NCBI GenBank assembly: GCA_963754875.1
Contig: CAVWHO010000007.1
Span: 128,001 to 192,000 of the forward strand
From: Nitrospirota bacterium
GTDB lineage: Bacteria; Nitrospirota; UBA9217
Length of the DNA stretch: 64,000 nucleotides
Direction: 5' to 3'
The notes beneath the pieces are model-generated. The model searched no databases, had not been told where the DNA came from, and worked only from the letters and a program-made list of their open reading frames with translations. This document shows positions 42,966 through 53,500 of the stretch, piece after piece (position 1 is the first letter of the stretch; every line of letters starts with the position of its first letter). The position numbers and the translations under genes are program-made.

Positions 42966-43145
42966 ATGAAGACAAAAGAGAAGAAAATAGATTCTCCTGA
43001 CGTAAAGGCCCTCCTGACGTTCCTGGAAAGGACAAAAGAAGGGAAATACGCAAAAATCGACGAGAACTCGCTCATCTATACAAGAATCCAGATTCAGAGT
43101 GAGGAAGCATATGCGGACGAGGAGTATTATTATAGCGTGAGATAA
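42966..43145 (+). CDS. 59-aa protein following the protease (not in the ORF track)
   Basis: MKTKEKKIDSPDVKALLTFLERTKEGKYAKIDENSLIYTRIQIQSEEAYADEEYYYSVR; AAGGGG RBS; 13 nt after the protease stop. Confidence 0.6.
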   Translation: MKTKEKKIDSPDVKALLTFLERTKEGKYAKIDENSLIYTRIQIQSEEAYADEEYYYSVR

Positions 43146-43349
43146 CCGCCCTAGTGCACTGTCAACATAGTTTTTGATGGTCTTCCACCTCTTTCGCTCG
43201 TCACCCGGGCATGATTTAAGCCAGCATAATGGTGCGGAACCATTAACAATTAAATTGACGGTGTACTAGTCCGACCATTCACGATTTCAGGCAAAGATAC
43301 CGTGTCCATGGTTTAGAGAGCAAAAAGAAGGCATAGAATGCTAAAATAA

Positions 43350-43493
43350 TCACTTACCCTTCCCGAGTAGGTATCCAATAATCATCCCAAACAAAGTTGC
43401 AACATCCTGGGATCTTAGTATCTTAATGAATGCAAGGAATATCACGCCAATCACCACCAATAGCACGATAACAAATTGAAATATTGAAGTCAT
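43350..43493 (-). CDS. 47-aa two-helix membrane peptide (not in the ORF track)
   Basis: MTSIFQFVIVLLVVIGVIFLAFIKILRSQDVATLFGMIIGYLLGKGK; GGAGGGTGAT RBS. Confidence 0.55.
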   Translation of the reverse strand: MTSIFQFVIVLLVVIGVIFLAFIKILRSQDVATLFGMIIGYLLGKGK

Positions 43494-43942
43494 ATCACCC
43501 TCCACTTTATTGAATACCCAAGTCTATCACTGTATATACCGTAAAAATCGAACATGTTCTGGCAGGACCATAATATCCGCGAAAGCCACTGCAATTTGGA
43601 TGGCATTATAGGAATTCGACGGCTCAACTTCTTGCGAACGGTTCGCAATAATCAATGAAAGCGTACGTAGAGTTTCGTCGTTGTCCAATCTATAGCAAAA
43701 GCCGAACATGTTCTGCCAGGACCCGCATTGTTTAATATGTGAGCTACTATAAATGACTCTTCAGATAAAGTCTTTTGAACCAGTGCAAAAAACCGGCGTT
43801 TAGGCAATCACCCCACGACCGCGGAGTGAGGCCCTGCCTAACCGCGTCTGTCGCTTTACAGACTATGCGGCCCTATGGAAAGATGATGTGCTCTGGATAT
43901 AATGTGTAGAAGTTCGGGAGGGTAGAGGATGTAGTGCAGCCG

Positions 43943-46781
43943 TTATATTCTTTTCTTGCGCCGTTTGGGTGCTTCCGGCGCAGGTAGCAAGCTCGTGTAC
44001 TTGTGATAAAGCTCAAACAGGAACGCCACCCGCTCGGCATCGGATGTGAAGCTCTTCTTCCCATATGCGGCATCCACGGCCTTATCAAGCGCCTGATGCG
44101 CTTTCCGAAGGTCCGGCGGCATGGCAACGGGATCATATAGGTCGGCGAGAGAAGCTTCAGGATGTGCGGCCCGTGCGTCAAGAACACCTTGCGCGGCCTC
44201 TTCTATAGCAGCTTTCTGCTTGTCCGTCGGATCGCTCGGCCAGGGGAAGTTGTTGTAGACAAAGCTGCCAGTGTAGCGGTAATCACTTTTTAACCGTCCA
44301 CATACGCGCCTCACCCATGCCATATGCATTGTTGAGCATAACATACCGAAGATATAAAGATTCGCATCCGGAATCAAATAGTTCGTATTACTGCATATAA
44401 CTTTCTTTGATACATATCCGATAGGAATGAATAAACGACGTTCAGATGACACCTCAGGAATAACAAGGTAATCAGAATCGGGCTGCGAGATGTAGAAAAA
44501 AAGAGTCGGCGTCTTTGCCGATTCACGAGTAGGTTCCGCACTGCTTTTTTCCCTGAATTCCCGTACACGTTCAACGCGTGCCATAACTTGAGGCAGTTCC
44601 CTCAAATCGCGCGGCGACGCGTCCTTGAGCCACAGGCAATATCGTTTTTTGCTGTTTATAAAATCCTCAGAGCCCATATAGGGTCGTATAAAACGCGCAG
44701 CATCAGGCTCGCTTTTGATGAGCGCTTTTCTTTCTTCTTCATCAAGAATGAAATTGCCGTCATCGCTTGGCTTATTCCCATAACGCATGTGCGGAACATT
44801 GATCAGCGGCGATTGACGTTTTTGAATGATGATATCCGGCCCGGGTGTCAGGTACGGAGAAATATTTTCAACTGCGATCTCGTGAGGCTCGCCGTTGATG
44901 TCGGCGTATTCAAAAAGACGTTTGTTCGGCACGTCGAAAAGCGCAAACCCAATGATCACGCAATGCACCGCTGCCATACCACGGGCTTCGTTACTCCATC
45001 GGAATGTTCGATGGGCAAAATGAATCTTCACGCCATATCGCAGCAAAACTGACCACAGAATGGCGACCTGCTCACCTTGTGTAATCGAGTTTGTCGAGAC
45101 AAAAGCGACTTTCACTCGTTCCTGCGGCGATTTATTCATGCCGGGTAAGTCGGCAAGCAGATCGTTGATCTTATCATCGTCACGCAAATATCTCACGGCC
45201 TTAAGATACCACGCTGAGACGTAATCAAGGTCAGATGCGCTCTTAACACCAGAGAAGAGGGATACGATCTCGGCCTTTTGATTCTTGTTCTGATAATGCT
45301 TACCGATAAACGGCGGATTGCCAAGGATGTAGTCTACATGCTCGGCGGAGATGACTTTGTTCCAGTCCATTTGCAGGGCGTTCCCGCAGTGGATCGACGC
45401 GGAGTGAATAAGCGGCAGGCGGCGGAAGTACTGGCCGAACTCCTCGGACACCTTCATATTCATCTGATGGTCCGTGAGCCAGAGGGCGACCTGGGCGATC
45501 TGGGCCGGGAATTCTTCGATCTCGATGCCGTAGAACTGGTTCACATCAACTTGAATTTCCCTCCACAGCGTATCAAGCTTCATCTGACTCGTTTTATGCG
45601 CGGCCCGAAGGATTTCGAGTTCAAGCAAGCGGAGCTCTCTATATGCGATGACCAGAAAATTGCCGCATCCGCATGCAGGATCGAAAAATTTAAGCCGCGA
45701 AAGCTTTTTGTGCAGTTCAAACAGCTTGTTCGTACTCCTCTTCGCCGACTCGAACTCCGCCCAGAGCTCATCGAGAAACAGGGCTTTAATAAGTTTAAGG
45801 ATGTTCTCTTCGCTGGTATAGTGCGCACCGAGATTTCGTCGGCGAGCCGAGCCTTCCTCGTCCATGACGCACTGAAAGAGCGCGCCGAAGATGGCCGGAG
45901 ATATGCGGCCCCAATCAAGAGCGCAGCAATCGAGAAGCTGAGCGCGCATCGTACTATCGCACGCCGGTATGGGGAGGGCTTCTTCGAACAGCTTACCGTT
46001 CACATACGGAAACGCAGCAAAGGTTTCCTTAAGGTTTTCCTGACGGCGGTCCTCCCTGGTGTTCAGAACCTGGAAGAGCAGCGATAGCTGCGGACCGAGG
46101 TCCGAAGCCGTCTCCCTTCGTATTGTTTTCGAGGAAGTCGCGGAACGCTCCGGGCGGATCGAAAAGCGTCGTATCTTCGGCGAAGAGACAGAACAATAGC
46201 CGGACAAGCACTAATTCGAGGTTGTGGCCGGAATAGCCCGAAGCCCGCAGCTGGTCGTGCAGCTTGCCCATGCGCTCGGCTGCCTTGACGTTTACCGGGT
46301 CCTGTGCCGTGATCTGCTGGGTCGTATAACCCGCTATGAAGCCGAGGAGTTTGATGTGTTTATAGAGGTCTTTGAGCGGGAATTCATTCTGTGTCTTGGA
46401 ATCGAGATCGTAAAGCCGGATGCGGGCGAAGTCTGAAACTATGATGTAGCGGGGTAGATCGCGCTCGGCGAGGCCTTCAAAATAATCCAAGGCCTGTTGA
46501 TACGCTGAATCGAGGTCCTTGCCGAGAGACTTGTGCTCCGCAATGAGCATTCCCTTCCAGAGAAGATCGATGAAACCGCCCTGGCCGCCTTTTTCCTCGA
46601 ATCGCTTCCGCGCGCGCTTGACTGGCTCTTCGAAACTCGCCAACCGCCTGCGGGACAAGCCGAAGACATTGAAGAACTCATTCCAAAACGTCTGGGCCTC
46701 GGCGCGCTCGGCCTTTGCGTCCTCCCATTCACGGGAGAATCCCAAGGCGCGGTCTTTGATTTCGTTTAGGGAAAGGGGCAT
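43943..46781 (-). CDS. MmeI-like (Type IIL/IIG) fused restriction endonuclease-adenine methyltransferase (extra base near 46105)
   Basis: FIDLLWKG..IAEHKS nuclease; GAHYT, DPACGCGNF, GNPPF; RLKSDYRY...YNNFPWP; LADLYDP...AHQALDKAVDAAY. Confidence 0.9.
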
Positions 46782-46893
46782 CGTGAATTGAGAATATTAC
46801 AGATTTTCTCAAAATGCAACGGCAAATCCACATGGTGACATTGAAAGGCTTGGTCTGTCGACGGCGAGAGGAGCGAGCGGCAAGTACTTGTTG

Positions 46894-47904
46894 CTACCTG
46901 TTCAAATAATCCTTCTGCACTTCCGGAATAAGCTGCTGGTAATCCTCGTAGGGGATCTTCGAATGCCACTTGTCCGTTGCCATGCCGATCCCGATCACCA
47001 GATAGAACAATGCGATTAAAAGTATCGGGAAGAGCCAGGCTTTTACGACACTGACCTTTTTCCGGGCGCTGAACGTGAGGTCGAGCGCTCCGGGAGACGG
47101 GCAGCGGGAGACACAGGTCAGGCAGCCGAAACATTCCTCGGATTTCACAACGGCCCTGTTCTCCACGTCGATCATCGTCGGACAATGCGTGGTGCAGGCA
47201 TGGCAATGAGTGCACCTCTCCTCGTTTCTGCGAACCTTGAAGGGGCTCAGCCGGGAGAGGAGCCCGAGGAGCGCGCCGTAAGGGCACAGGTACCGGCACC
47301 AGAAGTTCTTATACAGAAAGGACAGTGCAACAAGCGCAATGAGGACCCACATCGTGATTGTGGTCATTTCCGTGAAGAACTTCATCATCCGCACGTCCAC
47401 GACCTTGTAGTAGTCGGCAATGAAGAAAAGCGCCATCATGTTCGGCGGCATGGCAATGCCGATCAGGAAGAGGAAAAGGCCGAGGAGGACGTACTTGAGC
47501 GAACGGAGCGAGATGTCCGTGAACGGGCCGATGCGGAAGTTCCTCCCGAACGCCTTCTCCCCCGCCATCCAGACAAACTGCGACAGCGTGCCGATAGGGC
47601 AGATCCAGCCGCAGAAGCCCTTTTTCATGACCAGCGACGCGCCGAGGATAGCGAGAAACAGTATGAAGCCGGCAGGATGTACGGGCTCGACGATCCCGGT
47701 CAAGAGAAAGTACTTGAATGCCATGAGCCCGCCGATGGGCAGAAACGCATCGACTGACGCAGGTCTCTGCACATAGGGGTGGCCGGGGGCCTCGAAGTGC
47801 TGTACGAACTGATAGAACTGGTGTCCGATAACGAACGTCAGAAGAAGAAAGCCGACTTGGACTGCGTACCGGAGCGGCCGCAGGTATGTTTGAGGTAATC
47901 TCAT
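46894..47904 (-). CDS. Membrane 4Fe-4S-binding protein (NapH/YccM-like)
   Basis: FCGWICPIG, WCRYLCPYG, CTHCHACTTHCP, CFGCLTCVSRCP. Confidence 0.88.
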   Translation of the reverse strand: MRLPQTYLRPLRYAVQVGFLLLTFVIGHQFYQFVQHFEAPGHPYVQRPASVDAFLPIGGLMAFKYFLLTGIVEPVHPAGFILFLAILGASLVMKKGFCGWICPIGTLSQFVWMAGEKAFGRNFRIGPFTDISLRSLKYVLLGLFLFLIGIAMPPNMMALFFIADYYKVVDVRMMKFFTEMTTITMWVLIALVALSFLYKNFWCRYLCPYGALLGLLSRLSPFKVRRNEERCTHCHACTTHCPTMIDVENRAVVKSEECFGCLTCVSRCPSPGALDLTFSARKKVSVVKAWLFPILLIALFYLVIGIGMATDKWHSKIPYEDYQQLIPEVQKDYLNR

Positions 47905-47911
47905 GGACTTG

Positions 47912-47953
47912 ATACTACATTGCCCGGCCGCAAAAGGCTATGATGTTTATCAT
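47912..47953 (-). promoter_or_regulatory. Crp/Fnr-type site centred at -41.5 plus -10
   Basis: ATGAT-GTTT-ATCAT at 47940-47953; TAGTAT -10 at 47917-47912. Confidence 0.65.
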
Positions 47954-48087
47954 AGGAGCGAGAAATTGCAGTGTTAACTTCGCATAAAGGAGGATGTCTA
48001 CTGACAAGAGGAGCACGAGAAACCGACCGTTTTCTTTTGCCTCACCATCTCACCGTGTCCATCGGTGATGACCCTGTCCTGAATTCC

Positions 48088-48447
48088 TTATTTTTTGATC
48101 TTCTTGATTATCTTTTCCATGCCCAGCCGAGTAGCGGAAAAACCATGAGCCGTCGGATCTTCTTCCTGCTTAACAGCATTGAAGAAATCGCAGCGCCAGC
48201 AGTTCGCCAGCTTCTGCGCGTAGCTCCCCTGTATCTTTCCGCCGCAAAGCGAACCCGCGATCACCCAGCATGCCCTCCCCGCGTTCTGTCCGCCGTGGGC
48301 TCCGTGCAGGTCCTGATGGACCGTTACGGGACAGACACCCAGCTCACCGGCCTTCGGGCCACCGGGGTAGCGTCCGCAGTTTTTGTGTTCCCAGCAATTC
48401 TTCCTTTGCAATCCGCTGTTTTTGCTTTCGACATCTTCGAGTTTCAT
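48088..48447 (-). CDS. Small Cys-rich two-CW-type protein
   Basis: NCWEHKNCGR, CPV, GRACWVIAGSLCGG, CWRCDFF. Confidence 0.75.
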   Translation of the reverse strand: MKLEDVESKNSGLQRKNCWEHKNCGRYPGGPKAGELGVCPVTVHQDLHGAHGGQNAGRACWVIAGSLCGGKIQGSYAQKLANCWRCDFFNAVKQEEDPTAHGFSATRLGMEKIIKKIKK

Positions 48448-48677
48448 GTAACCCTCACCTCACCCATGTAAATAATTCTATCGGCCCACTATCCCCGTGG
48501 TCAACCGATCGAGGGCACACTATACGGAGTCGAATACCTGTAAGTCAATTTTATTTTGCTTTTCCTGTAATTAATTTTTTTTATATCTGCATTGTGAAAA
48601 AAAATCGGGAACAAGTAAACATGTGCTCCAAGAAATGACCTTTACATTCTCCGGAAGAGTGTGCTATTTTTAAAGCT

Positions 48678-50058
48678 ATGATCCATGATCTCCATGATTT
48701 CTTTTATCCCAAGAACGTCGCCCTGATCGGCGCTACGAACAACCCCCTGAAACCGGGCACGGCAATCCTGGAGAACCTGTCCCATTTCAATGGCGCTGTG
48801 TTTCCGGTGAATCCCAAACACGAAACACTGCTGGGCCACCGGTGCTATCCGTCGATCACCGCGGTGCCCGACGCGATCGATATGGCCATCATCGCCCTGC
48901 CTGCGCAGCTCGTCGAAGAGGAGATCGACGCGGTCCATGAAAAAGGCATACGCAGGATCATCCTGATCAGCTCCGGGTTTGCCGAAGCAGGCGATGCGGG
49001 AATCCGGATGCAGCAACGGATCGCGGCAAAGACCAAGGAGTACGGCATCCGCGTGATCGGTCCGAATGCCCTCGGTGTGTACAATACGGACAATGGACTC
49101 GACAGTTTCTTCGTGTCCCGCGAACGCGTGTCGCGGCCCGCGCCGGGACGGCTCTCGATCATCTCCCAGAGCGGCGCCATCACCGTCATCCTCATGGAGG
49201 CGCTCGCCCGCGACGGTATAGGCATAGCCAAGGCCGTGAACTACGGCAACCGGCTGGACGTGGACGATGCCGATGCCCTGGATTACTTTGCCGACGACGC
49301 GCAAACGGCAGCGGTTGCCATGTACATGGAGTCTGTGGCTGACGGCAGGAAGTTCCTGTCCGCGGCAAAAGCATTCGCCGCAAAAAAACCGCTCGTCATC
49401 TGGAAAGCGGGCAAATATGAACTGGGTGCGGCAGCCGTGGCATCACACACGGCAACTCTCGCAGGCAAATACGGGCTGTACGAGGCGGCCTTCCGGCAGG
49501 CCGGTGCGGTGGAGGCCTACGGATTCGACCACATGATCGACGCGGCAAAGGCCGTTGCGCTCATGGACTATCCCTGCGTAGGGAACCGTCTGCTGGTCGT
49601 TACGAACGGCGGCGGCATGGCCGTAGCTGCGTCCGACCAGGCACAGCATGGAAGGATTCACCATGCCCCGCGTGCCAGACGAGGTCAGGACAAAACTCGA
49701 CGGCGTCTTCCCTCCGTTCTTCGGAAAAAACAACCCTATCGACCTCACGGGCAGCGGCAAAAACGAGGACTACTATACGGCGCTCAACGAAGCGTTGCCT
49801 CACTATGACGCCGCCATTGTGATCGTGCTCATGGGAGCGACGACGGTCACGGAAGAAGCCACGAACATGATCGCACGCGCGTGCCATGAAGCGAAAAAAC
49901 CGGTCACCTGCTGCATTCTCCAGGGCCTCGGCTATACTCAGGAGGCCATGCATGAGCTGCTGAAGCTCGGCATTCCCGTGTACCCCTCGCCGGAACGTGC
50001 AGTGAGGGCGCTGGCCGCGCTCAGAAACGCCACAAAGAAAAGAGAAGGATGCAGGTAG
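48678..50058 (+). CDS. ADP-forming acyl/acetate-CoA ligase alpha subunit (extra base near 49647)
   Basis: VALIGA, PVNP, SGFAE, GPNALG, SQSGA, SHT phospho-His, TNGGG, NPIDLTG, PERAVRAL. Confidence 0.88.
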
Positions 50059-50095
50059 CGGCCAGTTGACGCGTGGACAAAGAGCTGAAAACCCG

Positions 50096-50305
50096 ACAGG
50101 GGAAAGGGGGAAGTGAGAGGCGAAAGGGAGAATAGGGCTTAAGATCGTGTCTGATAAAAAATTCTTCCCCAGCTCTCATTCCTGAAGGACAGGGCTCTAC
50201 AAAAGTACTGGCATTTTCGCTTCGGAGGAATGAAGATTCGTCACATTTGCAAGGGGATTCGTTCGCTGTTATCCCCCTTTCTCCCAACGTCCCCATTTCT
50301 CCGGA
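50096..50305. repeat. Dispersed bipartite repeat element, copy 3 (inverted, longer spacer)
   Basis: CAGGGGAAAGGGGGAAGTGAGAGGCGAAAGGGAGAATA and CCAACGTCCCCATTTCTCC are reverse complements of the arms at 2217 and 39645. Confidence 0.7.
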
Positions 50306-50324
50306 AAGGTTTTATTTCTCGACC

Positions 50325-51026
50325 ATGACGGCATCACAGGACATCATTCAGACAGCATTGAAAGAAGGCCGCAAGACGCTCTTCGAACACGAGGCAAAGG
50401 ACCTTGTGCGCTCCGTCGGTATCATCGTGCCACGGTACGTGCTCGTCGATCCCGTTGACTCGAAGGCCGTCGTTGAGGCGGGCGAGAAACTCGGCTTTCC
50501 TGTCGTGCTCAAGGCCGTCTCTCCCCAGATCTCGCATAAAACCGACGCGGGCGCCGTGATGCTGAACATTACCACCGGCGCCGGGCTCTCGGCATCGATA
50601 CGGACGATGAAAAATATGATCGCTTCGCGGGCGCCGGGCGCCGTGATCCGGTCGTTCCTGATCGAGAAGATGATGCCGCAGGGACTCGAGCTTCTGATCG
50701 GCGGCATGCGCGATGAGCAGTTCGGTCCTGCCGTCGCCTTCGGGCTCGGCGGTGTCTGGGTCGAGGCGCTCAAGGACGCTGTCTTCGGCATTCTGCCACT
50801 CAGTCACGAGGAAATGGTCGAGATGATTTCCCGGACCCGGGCAGGTATGTTCCTCCGAAGTTTCCGCGGCAGCTCTGAGCTCGATGAAGAGGCAGTGCAC
50901 CTGATCATCACTAACCTGTCGAGGCTGTTAACCGACCACCCGCAGATCAGGGAAATCGATCTTAATCCCGTGCGCATCTACGCACGAGGCGCGGCTGCCC
51001 TCGATGTTCGGGTGGTGCTTGGGTAG
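50325..51026 (+). CDS. ADP-forming acyl/acetate-CoA ligase beta subunit (ATP-grasp)
   Basis: GFPVVLK, HKTDAG, FGP...GLGG..VE, EIDLNP, ALDVR. Confidence 0.9.
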   Translation: MTASQDIIQTALKEGRKTLFEHEAKDLVRSVGIIVPRYVLVDPVDSKAVVEAGEKLGFPVVLKAVSPQISHKTDAGAVMLNITTGAGLSASIRTMKNMIASRAPGAVIRSFLIEKMMPQGLELLIGGMRDEQFGPAVAFGLGGVWVEALKDAVFGILPLSHEEMVEMISRTRAGMFLRSFRGSSELDEEAVHLIITNLSRLLTDHPQIREIDLNPVRIYARGAAALDVRVVLG

Positions 51027-51129
51027 ATTTTTTGAACAGGAGAAATGCATAACGAGCGTCAAACACCGAACTCCAAAAAGAGAAATACTCTCCGCAGTTT
51101 TCACATAAAAAATCACGAGCCGCATCTTT

Positions 51130-51999
51130 ATGGACACTGACAAACTCATTGACGAACTCACCTATCTCCGGACCGAAGTCAAACGCCTCCGCAGGGCTTT
51201 GGACCGGCAGACAACCGACCTCGACACCCTGCTGAAGCAGCGCGGTTTCAGGATCTATAAGAAGGAACCTGCCGCAGACCTACTCATCCCCGCAAGGAAG
51301 CATCTGAGCAGCTATTATCGAATGCTCCATAAATATTCCTTTCGGCTCTTCCTCCGCGATGTAATCAAGCACCAGGACCGGTTCGGGCTCGAAGATGTAG
51401 CCCGGTATGCCACGCCGTCCGTGACAAATGAATACATCGACTATCTCGTCACCATAAAGCTCATCAAAAAGAAAACAAAGGGGTACGCGCTTGCAAAAGG
51501 AGCGATCACGAGCTTCGGCCCGACCCTGGAGTGGTACATCACTGAGATGTTCAAACGCGAGTTCGGTTCCGAAGCTGTCTGGGGCGTCAAGTTCAAACGG
51601 CCCAACGTTGGCGGGGACTACGATGTGATAGCAAAATTCGACGGTTCCCTTATCTCAATAGAGGTTAAATCGTCCCCGCCAAAACAGATCTATGAGAGCG
51701 AAATCACGGCGTTCCTCGACCGGGTGGAGGACCTGGCGCCCGCAGTCGCCGTTTTTCTCATGGATACGGAGCTCAGAATGAAAGACAAACTCGTGCCCAT
51801 GTTCGAGAAAGAGCTTCACCGACGCTACGACAAGCCGCCGAAGGTACTGCGCATGGAGCGTGAGCTGTTCCAGTTCAACGACCGCATTTTCATCGTGAAC
51901 GCGAAGGAGAGCATCATCCAGAATATGGAGAAAGTGATGAGTTGGCATTTTCAACGATCAGCCGGGCTGCGCGACTCTGACGTTTTCCTTAGGCAATGA
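51130..51999 (+). CDS. Hypothetical protein with C-terminal PD-(D/E)xK nuclease-like motif
   Basis: LEWY...GGDYDV...IEVKS; N-terminal coiled-coil/helical region. Confidence 0.6.
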   Translation: MDTDKLIDELTYLRTEVKRLRRALDRQTTDLDTLLKQRGFRIYKKEPAADLLIPARKHLSSYYRMLHKYSFRLFLRDVIKHQDRFGLEDVARYATPSVTNEYIDYLVTIKLIKKKTKGYALAKGAITSFGPTLEWYITEMFKREFGSEAVWGVKFKRPNVGGDYDVIAKFDGSLISIEVKSSPPKQIYESEITAFLDRVEDLAPAVAVFLMDTELRMKDKLVPMFEKELHRRYDKPPKVLRMERELFQFNDRIFIVNAKESIIQNMEKVMSWHFQRSAGLRDSDVFLRQ

Positions 52000-52826
52000 G
52001 CGAAGACACCGTCAAAAAATATATCAATGGACTGCACGACCTTTCCACGCTCCCCGTGCTGCTCGGGAAGATCGTTGCTACCTGTAATGACCCGAAGGCG
52101 ACACCGGTGGACGTGTACAACCTCATCACGTTCGATCCTGCCCTCGCCGAGCGCGTCATGCGTATCGCAAATTCGGTTTTTTACGGCCGCTCGGGCCAGG
52201 TCAAGAATATCTACCAGGCGATCATGTTTCTCGGTTTCGACCGGATCAAGTCGCTGGCCCTCGGCATGTCCGTATTAAGCGCTTTCCCCACGAGCGGCTC
52301 TTCTGTTGCGGCGAATCTCTGGGTGCACAGTTACGAGGTCGCCTATCTTTCCTCAGTCCTTTCGAAATTCATCCCCCTGACGGTCCCGGGAGAATGTTTT
52401 CTTGCCGGGCTCCTCCACGACATCGGCAGGATCGTGTTCCTGGGCATGGACCAAGCGCGGTTCATGCACATCGAGACGACGGACACCATGTTCGATCAGG
52501 AAATTGCTGCTTTCGGCTGCACGCACACCGTGGCCGGCGCATTGCTCGTAGAATCGCTCGGCATGCCCAAAGAACTGATCGCACCTATCAAATATCACCA
52601 CCGTCCGTCTTTTGCGGTGTCCTCGCACAATCTGGTAGCAACGATCGCTCTCGCTGAGGCGCTGACCTGGACCTTCAAAGCGCGCCCTGAGGACGATGGG
52701 ATCTGGACAGAAGAACACGATGCTCTTCTCGAGGAGTTTTCCCTCTCGGACAAGGAAATCAACTCAGCCGGCGCTCATCTGGACGCGGCCAGGCCGGAGA
52801 TCGAAAGTATTTTTACCTCCCCTTGA
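51996..52826 (+). CDS. HDOD-domain protein
   Basis: LSTLP, DPALAERVMRIANS, LWVHS, AGLLHDIG, IKYHH. Confidence 0.9.
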   Translation: MSEDTVKKYINGLHDLSTLPVLLGKIVATCNDPKATPVDVYNLITFDPALAERVMRIANSVFYGRSGQVKNIYQAIMFLGFDRIKSLALGMSVLSAFPTSGSSVAANLWVHSYEVAYLSSVLSKFIPLTVPGECFLAGLLHDIGRIVFLGMDQARFMHIETTDTMFDQEIAAFGCTHTVAGALLVESLGMPKELIAPIKYHHRPSFAVSSHNLVATIALAEALTWTFKARPEDDGIWTEEHDALLEEFSLSDKEINSAGAHLDAARPEIESIFTSP

Positions 52827-53051
52827 TCGATCTTGCATCCGAGACCGCGACCGGCTATGATTAAGGACAGCTTTCCCGTTCTCGTGATGGGAAATGAGCT
52901 GCGGGTTGCTGAAGAGCGGCAATGTTTTTTCGGGTCACAGAATGAGCGGACTGGAGCAGGCGTCGTGGTGTAAACCACGCGGAGGATATCTCGCCAGGTG
53001 CAGTAACTTTCGACCACCAAATACGAACTCGCGATCACGAAGGAGGCGAAA

Positions 53052-53369
53052 ATGGCCAAGGAACAGTATTTCGCAGACGTGCTTGAAGAGCTCTACGACA
53101 CCAAAAAGAACGGCGCACTTTTCATAAATGTTGTGGAATCCAGCGAGGACCTGATAAGGATATACTTCAGGGAGGGGGAAATTTACTATATTACTTACGG
53201 ATCTGCTATTGGCCAGGATGCCCTGGATATTATCGAATATTATACTTTACGAAACGCCACCTTTTTTGAGGGATTAACCGCTCCCGAGGGCATCGTACGC
53301 TCAAAGTTTCCAACGAAAAAATTCATCGCCCTGATGAAGAATACTTATAAAAAGGTCCGTGTCGCGTGA
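53052..53369 (+). CDS. Small DUF4388/PATAN-like protein
   Basis: KKNGAL...RIYFREGEIYY...GQDAL; AAGGAGG RBS. Confidence 0.55.
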   Translation: MAKEQYFADVLEELYDTKKNGALFINVVESSEDLIRIYFREGEIYYITYGSAIGQDALDIIEYYTLRNATFFEGLTAPEGIVRSKFPTKKFIALMKNTYKKVRVA

Positions 53370-53500
53370 CGTTTATTGCAATGGAGCGGCCCGGAAAAGC
53401 TCAACAACATCGTCATCGCCGGTTGAGCAAGGTTTCCTGTCAAAGAGCCGGGACCGCGGTTAAAATTTCGTGCGCGATTTTCCCTAACTATCAAGCAAAC

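Noticed and set aside
52850..53040. Hairpins in the HDOD-DUF4388 spacer (CGTGGT-gtaa-ACCACG)
   Set aside because: No recognisable riboswitch or terminator signature; an isolated short stem is expected by chance
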